A stretch of 63,803 bases of DNA, filler included, from Octopus bimaculoides (taxonomy: Eukaryota), in assembly GCF_001194135.2 (NCBI RefSeq). It is 7 parts of 7 records of this genome, joined end to end, with 100 filler letters (N's around TTAATTAATTAA, not from the genome) between each part and the next. Parts side by side here need not be neighbours in the genome. Positions count along the whole stretch, not along the records: positions 46,209 to 57,306 come from NW_026340411.1; positions 57,407 to 59,710 come from NC_068990.1; positions 59,811 to 61,740 come from NW_026309490.1; positions 61,841 to 63,803 come from NW_026349323.1; 3 more parts are not named here. One strand, given 5' to 3'. The number at the start of each line of letters is the position of its first letter. Positions within the stretch are counted from its first letter, which is position 1. Below the pieces are notes generated by a model, which ran no database searches, was not told the DNA's origin, and saw only the letters and a program-made list of their open reading frames with translations. This document shows positions 53,223 to 63,803 of this stretch, piece after piece. Position numbers and translations under genes: made by a program.

Positions 53223-53345
53223 GAAGGTAGTAATACTAAGAAATGTGAACCCTAACGTTGCTGTAAAACTTTACTGAGCAAATAGTTTTTCTTGCAATTT
53301 AGATCTTGGATTCGGTTTTAAAATGTTTTTGAAGGCGATGTGGAG

Positions 53346-53628
53346 CAGTGGTTCTCAAACATTTTTGGGTTGCTACCCGCTGGCACCTAGGCTGCATTCC
53401 TAACGCCTCCACCCCATCCCCTCACCACCACAAACATAGACTACTTTCTGTAGGAAATTCAAAACAACAGTATTTTACAAATAAAACTTAACCCATTATT
53501 TTGTTGCTTTTACATTCATCGCCTTCCGTTGGCCATCCCATTATTGCCTCACTTTTCTTCAATGCCCCCACTCCACCCGGATGTTTCCACCTTCCCCAGA
53601 GCAGTACTGCCCACTTTCGGAACCACTG
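53346..53628. mobile_element. hAT (Charlie-type) MITE
   Basis: TIR cagtggttctcaaa / tttcggaaccactg (12/14); 8-bp TSD atgtggag / atgtagag (7/8). Confidence 0.85.
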
Positions 53629-53699
53629 ATGTAGAGGTCTACAACCGAAGCTCATCCGAATGTACCAGTAGTTTCTCGTCAATATTTTTACATGTCAGT

Positions 53700-55330
53700 G
53701 GTACAGAACAATGACAGTTGGCAGCTGGGATTCAGTGAGAGCCACCTCTAGCAGACTCCTGTACGACTGAGCAGCTCCAAGTAGAGATCGTGCAGGAGAA
53801 AGATTTAGGAAAGTTGGCCTAAGAATTGTTCTGTCAGCTCGGTTCTTGGACAAGAAAACGCACATGCTTGGACCATTCCCCACAAAATGATCCAAAAAAC
53901 GACTAATATCACTAATGAAATAAAGTCGATGGTCGCAAGAATTGCCCAAATATACCGCTTAAGTCATCAGATAGCACATCTCTGCAACAAGATAAGTCAG
54001 CAAATTGTTGGGCTCTCAGAGAACAATTCAAACAGCCAAAACTAGTGGATTCAGCCCTCATTGACGAGCTTTGTGAAATGCACGCCATCCATAGCTTGAG
54101 TTGAACCATTAGCAAAGTCGGTATGGAAGCATTCACTTTGCTGAAGGTAGTGCTACAGTCAAAATGTTCAAAAATAAGATATATCCTAGATCAGACATCA
54201 TTATGATAGATATCTTGAAGAAATATTGTTATCTCTACACAAGAGAGCTTTGTCGCTACATCACAGAAGCTCGAAACAAAAGAAATCTGTTTCAACAATA
54301 GGAACATTACACTTATGTCCATTGCTGGAAAGTTCCGGGCCAATGTCGTACTCAATATAAGAACACATCACACTATTACTACACAGGAGTTATTGTGCGG
54401 GGTGGGGACAGAAATCAGCCATTCAGTGTAAAAACGGGAGTTAAGTAAGTCTGCATGCTGGCTCCTATACTGCTTAATACCATCTGCGTGATTACACCGT
54501 CACACAGAAGAAAAAAAGGGACTTAGCAGTCACTAGTAACTTCCGGCTCGCTGAGAACTTTTCCAAAATCAGAAGACTGCAAACCACCACCAGGCTCATC
54601 TCAGAACAAATCTTTGAACTACAGCATGCTGTTAACTGTTCTCTGGTTGCTCCCATTCAGGGTGCCTTACGAATTACCCCTTCGGCAGGTGTCACCTCTT
54701 AAAAACGAACGGGATTGACAATTAACGTCCAGAAAATTGTCCATAGCATTTTACTCCATCATTTCTCATTGTCTCAGTACAGTAGCAGCAACCAGTCACA
54801 CCTTCCTGATTCAGATGCCGAGGTAACATAATTTCTAAGCAGCCCACACAGGCCTTTGAATCGTTTAGAAGGCTAAAAAAAAAACAGAATCTTTCTAAAC
54901 AACTATCTCAGCCTCCATATCATCTGTATGGGAGCGTAACATGGATCACTAACAAACGACGTTAAGACCCTGGATACCTTTGACACCCAGTGCCACCAGA
55001 TCGTTTTAGTTATCTTGTGAGTTGGGATTAAACAGATTGAAATCCTTTATGGAATTCATATCAGCAACATTGAATCTAATCTATGCAGGTATCAGTTGAG
55101 ATGACTCGAGCATGTAGTACATATATCTACTCTAATTTTCTCCTTGGGACCCAACATCAAGACCCCGGTCAGCTATACAGTGGTCACGCCTGGCTAGAAA
55201 ACCAAAGAAGCGTTAGGATCACTTGAAGATAACTTTAATGAGTATACCAGCCTCCTTTATCCAGCCACTGGTGTTATCCGACTTTAATGAGTTGAGTAAC
55301 CTCAACTCGCCAAGATACCAGTACTTGCCG
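53700..55330 (+). mobile_element. Decayed RTE LINE (reverse-transcriptase region)
   Basis: Ordered motifs RNITLMSIAGK, ELQHAVNCSLVA (cf. ELQYADDCALVA), GLTINVQK, LYGSVTWI, QLR*LEHVV. Confidence 0.8.
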
Positions 55331-55593
55331 CGTTGAAGATAGAGAAACGCAAACAGCGTTATCAAGGAAAGTGAGGAAAGAGTCACACACGCTAGAGTAA
55401 CGTCTGACCTCTGTAACCAAACCGTTTACATGTGTCGTCTGTAAATGAAGCCGTACATGAGATATAAGGATGCACAGTAATCAAATGATCCACAATTGAA
55501 GGTCATTACTGGATTCATTGGACAACCATAAATAATAAGCGTATGTGTACTTATTTTGTTATTACATAACATGGAATATGTTTTTGTGCGTCG

Positions 55594-55688
<95 letters not shown>

Positions 55689-56361
55689 GTATATCTTCAT
55701 TTGAGCATGTAAATATGACAGGGCACGGAACACTTGAGTTTGCAATACCATGGGATCTGTTTGAAATAGCAACCAAATCTCTGTCGATTCACACCTTACT
55801 GATTTATTTACAAAAGGTTCTTATCCATCACAGTATGCGGATTTGCAGTTCTGGAAACACTATCTGCAAAGAAAAAAAAAAAAAAAAAAAAAAGACAGGA
55901 CAGTTATGAGTGGAATCGGTTTTGAATATGTCGACCGAATCGTGGCCGACATATTCAACAATATCGCATGTAGCGAACGTATATTTGTATACGCGCGTGT
56001 GTGTATATGTGAGTGTGTGACTGAGTGTGTGTTTGTGTGTGTATTGACTTGTGGATGTGTTTATCTGTAAGGGTATTTCTATGGGTGTGTGTATGTATCA
56101 TATTTGTGCAAGAGTGTCGATGTATATATCTGTGAGTGATTCAACTTTGTTTCCATGTGACCTGTGTTTCGATATGTGCGCGCGCGTGTGAGTGTGTGTG
56201 GCGTGTGTGTATGTGGGAGATAGAGCAACAGAGTGTGTACATGTGTGTGTGCGCGCGTACACAGCATACACACACACACAATACACGTGCACACATATAT
56301 GTCTGTGTGCGTATGTATATGTGTGTCTATATGTTTGTACGTACATATATACATTTGTATG

Positions 56362-56434
<73 letters not shown>

Positions 56435-56482
56435 ATGTATGTTCATATGCATGTGTGCATGTGTAAGAAGGGTATTGCGTAC

Positions 56483-56559
56483 GTGCCATGTACTAGGACT
56501 GAACCTGGGACCATGTGGTTGGTAAGCAAGCTACTTATCACACAGCCACTCCTGCGCCT
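56483..56559 (-). mobile_element. SINE family A head
   Basis: Reverse complement of aggcgcaggagtggctgtgtgataagtagcttgcttaccaaccacatggtcccaggttcagtc. Confidence 0.8.
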
Positions 56560-56573
56560 ATGTATATATGTAT

Positions 56574-56625
<52 letters not shown>

Positions 56626-57306
56626 TAGACTGACTGACAGACAGACAGACAGAATTTTGTACGCATAGTCTGTATTTTTTTATTTTGTATATGTATTTGT
56701 ATATATTTGTCGTTTATATCTGTACTCAAGTTCGAGTGTGGCTGTGCGTTGTTTGACTGTTAGGATGGTTATGTGTGTGTGTGTGTGTGTATNNNNNNNN
56801 NNNNNNNNNNNNNNNNNNNNATACGTGCGGCTGAATCTGTTTTTAGGAGCTCGCTTCGAGAGTTGCATTCCCTCTGTATTTACTATGATAGTTTTGACTT
56901 TAAGGGTCCCTCATAGCGTGAGGCATTTATGTATAGTAATGCCCTTAATATAAATCAATACAAACACACACGCACGCACAAGTATTTGTTGTTTGCATGC
57001 CTCAGATTGAGTGCGCCTATGCGTGAGCTTCCTTGCATATAAGAGTTTATGCTTATCTATGCTTGTGTATACGTTTACATGTGTTCGCTTTCCATATGTT
57101 TGCTGTATGTACGAGTGACGTTGCATATTTGAATCTGTGAGTCTATTAACGAGTGTGTGTATGTATGCGTGTGTGCATGCGTGTATCTGTGTGTGTATAT
57201 GTGTGTGTGTGTGTGTTTGTGTGTATGTGTGTGTGAAGTATCTGCTTTTATGCGTGAGTTATAGTATAATTGTGTACATGTTTATGCCTCGGTCTGCTAT
57301 TATATT

Positions 57307-57406
57307 NNNNNNNNNNNNNNNNNNNNNNNNNNNNNNNNNNNNNNNNNNNNTTAATTAATTAANNNNNNNNNNNNNNNNNNNNNNNNNNNNNNNNNNNNNN
57401 NNNNNN
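57307..57406. other. Artificial contig-join linker
   Basis: 44 N + TTAATTAATTAA (57351-57362) + 44 N. Confidence 0.95.
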
Positions 57407-57742
57407 GCACCATTTTGAGCGTGGCCGTTGCCAGTACCGCCTGACTGGCTCCCGTAGGATTTTCGAGCGAGGTCTTTGCCAGTGCCCCTGGACTGGCTTG
57501 TGCGGGTGGCACATAAAAGACACCATTTCGAGCGTGGCCGTTTTCGTGCGGGTCACACGTAAAAGCACCCACTACACTCTCTGAGTGGTTGGCGTTAGGA
57601 AGGGCATCCAGCTGTAGAAACTCTGCCAAATTAGACTGGAGCCTGGTGTTGCCATCCGGTTTCACCAGTCCTCAGTCAAATCGTCCAACCCATGCTAGCA
57701 TGGAAAGCGGACGTTAAACGATGATGATGATGATGATGATGA
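57407..57742 (+). mobile_element. Non-autonomous retroelement with RTE-style 3' end and (GAT)n tail
   Basis: Internal duplications (caccattt.gagcgtggccgtt x2; gtgcgggt..cac x2); ends ccaacccatgctagcatggaaagcggacgttaaacgatgatgat. Confidence 0.7.
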
Positions 57743-57789
57743 AGCAGGTAAACTTTACACCTATTTACTTTGGTGTATTACCTTTGTCT

Positions 57790-58100
57790 GTCATTATCAT
57801 ACTCCTGTAGCATGTTGATATCACTACAATGAGAGAACTCATGCTTAATCTGGGAAGTCCTCCAAGTCCGAGCTCTCTTATCAGATGAAACTATAGTGTT
57901 ACTTCATTCAGACTTTCTCTTAGTGTTTTCATGGCAGAGATGTCGGGCCGGTTTGCCATTGCTTTCTCCAACTGGATAGCCATTGGCCCACAAAGAACTC
58001 ATACATCCTTCATTAGGTTTTGTTTTTAGTCCTTCTGCGTGCTTAGACACTTTCCTCAAGAGTAGCAAGCTACTCAAGTGCAGGAGCCAGTTTAGCCACT
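57790..58100 (-). mobile_element. RTE LINE 5' leader fragment
   Basis: GGAGAAAGCAATGGCAAACC...TCTGCCATGAAAAC at 57923-57969 resembles the BovB/RTE 5'-UTR motif GGAGAAGG.AATGGCAA.CCACTCC...TTGCC..GAAAA; caacatgctacaggag follows downstream. Confidence 0.6.
58022..58081 (-). ncRNA. Degenerate HDV-like ribozyme candidate in the RTE leader
   Basis: GCACUUG/AAAGUGU P1 with G1-U wobble (6/7 pairs), P3 CU/AG closing an ACUCUUG loop, J4/2 CUAA, P2 GCUU/AAAC (3/4). P4 and P1.1 are poor. Folded by eye only. Confidence 0.4.
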
Positions 58101-58617
58101 GACCGCCCAATCATGTAATATGTTGTAATAGTTTACATGATATTAGTGGCAGGTCTCATTGGCCCGTGATGAGATCCCTGACCTGACTTGAGTTTATCCA
58201 TCAGTGACCTAATCATTATGCTTACACATATTATATCTATATAATCCTTAAAATTTGAAGTATGTTATTGTATTATTCACAGCCAATTGGGTTGCTATAT
58301 AAACTAATTTTTATATTTAATCATTCGCCTCTGTTGATCTAGTTATCAATTCAATACAAACATTTTGCTCCGAGTCTAGTTCAGCACCATAGTAGCATGA
58401 CTAAGTTATCTCCTTCTGTCCATATGGCCTCTCATAACTCAATTCTCCAAATCAAAGATTTCAAATTAAATTTTCCTACCTTGAATGACAGTTCCTCATT
58501 ACTGTTAATTACTGTTAGTTTTTTTTTTTGTCCCCTCTTAACAATGGTGATATTTTTATAAACCATGCTTATTTTCCACTCTTTGTTTTTCTCTTCCATT
58601 CCTTCTTTAATATCTCA

Positions 58618-58848
58618 TTAACACTTTCATTATCATAACCCTGTTAAAATTAGTGGCTTTTATTTTAATTAATTTTCAAAATAATAAAGAATTTAGCAGA
58701 ATAATCTGTGTCATTATTATGTTGGTGTTTGCAACATGAATTGATGTGAAGTTTTCAAAGAAAGTTTTAATTTAAATCTCTTTAAAAAATCAAGTTTATA
58801 TCATAGAATCAAGAGCAATCCCAAGGGTGTTGATATCAAAAGGGTTAA
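58618..58848. mobile_element. piggyBac-type MITE
   Basis: TTAA at both ends; ttaacactttcattatcataaccct vs reverse complement of the right end ttaacccttttgatatcaacaccct. Confidence 0.7.
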
Positions 58849-59322
58849 TTTGTTTCATCATTAGAATTTATACAATTCTCCTTTTTAAAATTTCTCAATT
58901 TTCTCTGATGAAACTCTAAACCTGAAACACTTTGAAATTTATTAGAATAGATTAAATAAATTATATATGCTTTCATTTATATTCTTTGAATTCTAAAACA
59001 AGTTCCCTTTTGTTTAGGTGTACTAATTTTTGTGTCAACTGAAGCAAAGGAAATTACACCTGTCATATCTTCAGGAGATGTGGGTTTGATTTCCATGAGT
59101 AGCCTTCAATTATTCAAAGATTCTTTGAACTGAATATTTACATGCTATGATTTAGCATTACCTGTTTCAAGATACACTGTTCCAAAATAGAATTATTATG
59201 TAGTTATGAAATGTCCTTGAAATTATTAGCTTCCTCTTCTTTTGACATCAAAGAAGAGTTCATTAGCTTAAAACTGCAGAGGAAGAAGTTATACTTTTAT
59301 CATTTACAGCAATAGTTTAGAG

Positions 59323-59480
59323 CAGTGGTTCTCAACCAGGGTCCACATGACCCCTAGGGGCCCATATAAGATTTTGTCTATTGTACATAAGTTTATGTAC
59401 AATAAATTGGCTATACTTCTACAATACACAAAATATTCTAACAATTTTTTGATACAATTTTTAATGATATTTAATTATAA
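59323..59480 (+). mobile_element. hAT (Charlie-type) MITE left part
   Basis: gtttagag|cagtggttctcaacc; interrupted by SINE A and the linker. Confidence 0.55.
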
Positions 59481-59485
59481 AAATA

Positions 59486-59655
59486 GGCGTAAGAGTAGCT
59501 GTGTGGTAAGTAGCTTGCTTACCAACCATATGGTTCCAGGTTCAGTTTCACTGGGTGGCACCTTGGGCAAGTGTCTTCTACTATAGCCTCGGGCTGACCA
59601 AAGCCTTGTGAGTGGATTTGGTAGATGGAAAACTGAAAGAAGCCCATCATATATA
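59486..59655 (+). mobile_element. SINE family A, 5' half (cut by linker)
   Basis: High similarity to 15749-15900. Confidence 0.85.
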
Positions 59656-59710
<55 letters not shown>

Positions 59711-59810
59711 NNNNNNNNNNNNNNNNNNNNNNNNNNNNNNNNNNNNNNNNNNNNTTAATTAATTAANNNNNNNNNNNNNNNNNNNNNNNNNNNNNNNNNN
59801 NNNNNNNNNN
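59711..59810. other. Artificial contig-join linker
   Basis: 44 N + TTAATTAATTAA (59755-59766) + 44 N. Confidence 0.95.
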
Positions 59811-60297
59811 GTGATGCTGATTGAAGGCTGTGACGAGAGTCGGGGCATCGTAGTACAAGCAACGAGATACAGTGAGAGTGATGTGGGGAGGGGAAAGAAA
59901 GATAGGCAAAGATCGTCAGAGTGGATTTAAGGAAAAGACACATGTTAGAGAGAGAGAGGGAATGAGTGAGGGTGTGAGTAAGGTGAATAGGGTGAGAGTA
60001 GTTGATGCGTGTGAATGAAATATAAGGAAAGCCAAAGATGAAAGGGAGATGAAAGAGTAAAAGAAAGTGGACAAAAAACAAAAAAGAAAAAGAAATGATA
60101 CCTCCGAGAGTGAGTGTTGGTATGAGATGTATGGAAGGACAGAAGAATAACAGACAGACGATAGCTCTACGAAACGTGAATGAAATGAAAAGAGGGAAAG
60201 TGAAAGATTGTAGCCAAACATTCACGCACAGAGATGTATATATGTATATATACATACATACATATATATGTTTGCATATATATGCATACACATGTAT

Positions 60298-60342
<45 letters not shown>

Positions 60343-61080
60343 NNNNNNNNNNNNNNNNNNNNNNNNNNNNNNNNNNNNNNNNNNNNNNNNNNNNNNNNNN
60401 NNNNNNNNNNNNNNNNNNNNNNNNNNNNNNNNNNNNNNNNNNNNNNNNNNNNNNNNNNNNNNNNNNNNNNNNNNNNNNNNNNNNNNNNNNNNNNNNNNNN
60501 NNNNNNNNNNNNNNNNNNNNNNNNNNNNNNNNNNNNNNNNNNNNNNNNNNNNNNNNNNNNNNNNNNNNNNNNNNNNNNNNNNNNNNNNNNNNNNNNNNNN
60601 NNNNNNNNNNNNNNNNNNNNNNNNNNNNNNNNNNNNNNNNNNNNNNNNNNNNNNNNNNNNNNNNNNNNNNNNNNNNNNNNNNNNNNNNNNNNNNNNNNNN
60701 NNNNNNNNNNNNNNNNNNNNNNNNNNNNNNNNNNNNNNNNNNNNNNNNNNNNNNNNNNNNNNNNNNNNNNNNNNNNNNNNNNNNNNNNNNNNNNNNNNNN
60801 NNNNNNNNNNNNNNNNNNNNNNNNNNNNNNNNNNNNNNNNNNNNNNNNNNNNNNNNNNNNNNNNNNNNNNNNNNNNNNNNNNNNNNNNNNNNNNNNNNNN
60901 NNNNNNNNNNNNNNNNNNNNNNNNNNNNNNNNNNNNNNNNNNNNNNNNNNNNNNNNNNNNNNNNNNNNNNNNNNNNNNNNNNNNNNNNNNNNNNNNNNNN
61001 NNNNNNNNNNNNNNNNNNNNNNNNNNNNNNNNNNNNNNNNNNNNNNNNNNNNNNNNNNNNNNNNNNNNNNNNNNNNNNNN

Positions 61081-61119
<39 letters not shown>

Positions 61120-61740
61120 ATATATATATGGTGTATATGTACATGTACATGAGAATTGATGGATATCGATCAGTAAGGGGTAGAGTAATAGTTCAGGAGA
61201 TGAAGTGAGAATAAGCGAAGATGTTAAAGAGGACCATAGAAAGATGCTCGGGAATTGTGGAATAGAATAACGGTGAGTGAAGTAGGGACGGAGGGTGATA
61301 GGGATATGCGTGTGAGTGTGTTTGTGTGTAGGATTATGTTTGTGTGAGTGTCTCATTCCGCACGTTAAGTGAGAGAGAGAGAGAGATCATGAGAGAGGGA
61401 GCAAGCAAGAGAGAGAGAGAGAGAGAGAGAAAGAGCAAGATAGGAAGAGAGAGAGTGAGAAGGAGACATAGAAAGAGACGAGAATGTGAGATAATTATTG
61501 TTTTAGAATCGCAATTACAACCTTCTGTTGGCACTCAGGAGTTTACAGAATTCCGTGTGCATGTGTGAATGGGTGTAGAAGTACGTATATGTTTGTGTTT
61601 GTGTGTGTGTGTGCGTTTGCAGCTATCTGTATGTGTATGTGTTTGTATGAAGATGTGCATATGCATGTGTATATGTGCATGCAAATTGTTGAAAGTATCT
61701 ATGTACATGTGTGTGTTCTTTTATATATATATATATATAT

Positions 61741-61840
61741 NNNNNNNNNNNNNNNNNNNNNNNNNNNNNNNNNNNNNNNNNNNNTTAATTAATTAANNNN
61801 NNNNNNNNNNNNNNNNNNNNNNNNNNNNNNNNNNNNNNNN
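61741..61840. other. Artificial contig-join linker
   Basis: 44 N + TTAATTAATTAA (61785-61796) + 44 N. Confidence 0.95.
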
Positions 61841-61930
61841 CGGCTTTTGCTCCAGCATGGCCTTGGTCGTGATGGCCTAAACGAAGCGAAGCAGACTAGA
61901 AAGATCTCAGATCATTACATACGCATATTC

Positions 61931-61960
<30 letters not shown>

Positions 61961-61966
<6 letters not shown>

Positions 61967-62727
61967 CAAGAATAAGGGCAGGGAATCATCAATTAATAAT
62001 AGACTTAATAATTAACAATTTTGCCAAGTAGTTCAGTATGAAAANNNNNNNNNNNNNNNNNNNNNNNNNNNNNNNNNNNNNNNNNNNNNNNNNNNNNNNN
62101 NNNNNNNNNNNNNNNNNNNNNNNNNNNNNNNNNNNNNNNNNNNNNNNNNNNNNNNNNNNNNNNNNNNNNNNNNNNNNNNNNNNNNNNNNNNNNNNNNNNN
62201 NNNNNNNNNNNNNNNNNNNNNNNNNNNNNNNNNNNNNNNNNNNNNNNNNNNNNNNNNNNNNNNNNNNNNNNNNNNNNNNNNNNNNNNNNNNNNNNNNNNN
62301 NNNNNNNNNNNNNNNNNNNNNNNNNNNNNNNNNNNNNNNNNNNNNNNNNNNNNNNNNNNNNNNNNNNNNNNNNNNNNNNNNNNNNNNNNNNNNNNNNNNN
62401 NNNNNNNNNNNNNNNNNNNNNNNNNNNNNNNNNNNNNNNNNNNNNNNNNNNNNNNNNNNNNNNNNNNNNNNNNNNNNNNNNNNNNNNNNNNNNNNNNNNN
62501 NNNNNNNNNNNNNNNNNNNNNNNNNTCATCGGCCAGTGAGTTCAGGCATCTCACCCCAAAGAAATCTATTCCATGTGCGTCACAAATAGTCCCGTATGGA
62601 GGGATTACGGTTTAACCATCTAACTTAGAGATATCAAATATAAAATATACAAGAATAAGGGCAGGGAATCATCAATTAATAATAGAATTAATAATTAACA
62701 ATTTTGCCAAGTAGTTCAGTATGAAAA
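61961..62727 (+). repeat. 84-bp direct repeat (61961-62044 / 62644-62727) flanking an N gap
   Basis: One mismatch (gacttaat / gaattaat). Confidence 0.9.
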
Positions 62728-62855
62728 AAACCTTTATCGGTAAAACCATTTATCATCATAAATATACAGGGATTAGCATTGAGTTGCTTCTCCAACATAC
62801 TGAAAATTTAGAAATAGCAGTCAAAGAACTACTGATTCTAAACGGATGGCGATAT

Positions 62856-63401
62856 TTATGGCACACATATATATATTTTTTTATAAAACAAAATTTTATA
62901 AATTATATAGTATTTTGTTTCCATATTTGCATTTCTCAGTGTGTTCATATTAGTAGTCTTATAGTTCTTCTCAATTTCGTTTTTAAGAAGCTCCAAATAA
63001 TACTGCTTCTTTAGCTTATACATATTACCAGTTTTATCTGATTTAACTAAAATGCTGTTTAAACTGCTAATCTCCTTGGGAATTTCATTTAGGTAATCCA
63101 AATGATGGTTCTTTGTAATATGTTTCTTCGTTTTAATGTTCCTTACTACAGTCCAGAGCTCTTCTTCAAAACTATCCAGCCTAGGGTTGTATGGAGGGTT
63201 GCTTCTTGATCTGAAAAGCCCCTTATACTGCGAGTTAACATCCGCGTTATTGATTGGTTGTTCTCCTTTATCGAAAAAATAAGCCTTCCATCTTACTCTG
63301 TTGATGAACGAATGTGTCCTACCAATCAGTTGCTTTATAAATACATTCCTGGGTGGTATTGGAATATCCTTCAAGGATGCATCAATTTTAGATAGCTCCA
63401 T
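62856..63401 (-). mobile_element. Penelope-like element ORF N-terminal fragment
   Basis: SLKDIPIP...FINRVRWKAYFF...F.S...PP...LDSFEEEL...VKSDKTGNMYKL...Y..LL matches the region preceding the RT in Neptune/Poseidon-type PLEs. No RT catalytic motif is present. Confidence 0.75.
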
Positions 63402-63543
63402 GATGTTACAGATAAAAAGCAGTATCTACCAAAAAGTAGAACTGTAAAGTATATATTAAATATATATTTTTTTATAAAACAAGATTTTATAAAATATATA
63501 GTATCTGTTAACAGTCTTAGCAAAAACCTCACAGGTGTGTTTT

Positions 63544-63600
<57 letters not shown>

Positions 63601-63803
63601 TAAAAAATAGAGCTCAAAATCGATGCATTGAAGATACTTTATTGTATTTTATCGCAGCAACAATTATAATAGCAGAAACAACAACAATAAGCCAAACCTA
63701 TGCACATTTCGATATAGAGTATCCAGGATAAATAAACCACATCATAAAATGTCTCATAAAATAATATAACATATTATAACACATTATAAATTGCCGGATA
63801 CTC

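Noticed and set aside
58904-58930. CTGATGA...GAAA as a hammerhead ribozyme core
   Set aside because: The intervening aactctaaacct cannot form stem II, and no stems I or III were found.
25-63731. Most ORF-track entries (poly-HT, CV, YI, SL, RE, X runs)
   Set aside because: They are translations of (CA)n, (TA)n, (GA)n and (TACA)n microsatellites or N gaps.

Overview
AT-rich, microsatellite-saturated animal genomic DNA. The repeat families and their style suggest an octopus/cephalopod assembly; this is inference, no database search was run. The window is not one contig: six identical 100-bp linkers (44 N + TTAATTAATTAA + 44 N) split it into seven pieces, and there are many further N gaps. Almost all ORF-track entries are translations of microsatellites or N runs. 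One coding exon is well supported: a 180-nt phase 1-1 minus-strand exon (48796-48975) encoding an interrupted collagen Gly-X-Y segment. Several other unique-sequence stretches have good splice signals and are listed as low-confidence candidate exons. The rest is mobile DNA: three tRNA-like SINE families, a (CAA)n-tailed dispersed repeat, decayed RTE LINE fragments, 3' fragments of an R4/NeSL-type restriction-like-endonuclease retrotransposon associated with (CATA)n, a Penelope-like ORF fragment, and hAT, Tc1/mariner, Tigger and piggyBac-type MITEs. The most interesting observations are the (CATA)n-associated RLE retroelement, a decayed HDV-like ribozyme fold in an RTE 5' leader, a 137-bp near-perfect inverted repeat, and a strand-biased nested SINE cluster around the collagen exon. 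No rRNA, bona fide tRNA gene or CRISPR array was seen. Repeat boundaries are approximate unless a TIR or TSD is quoted.
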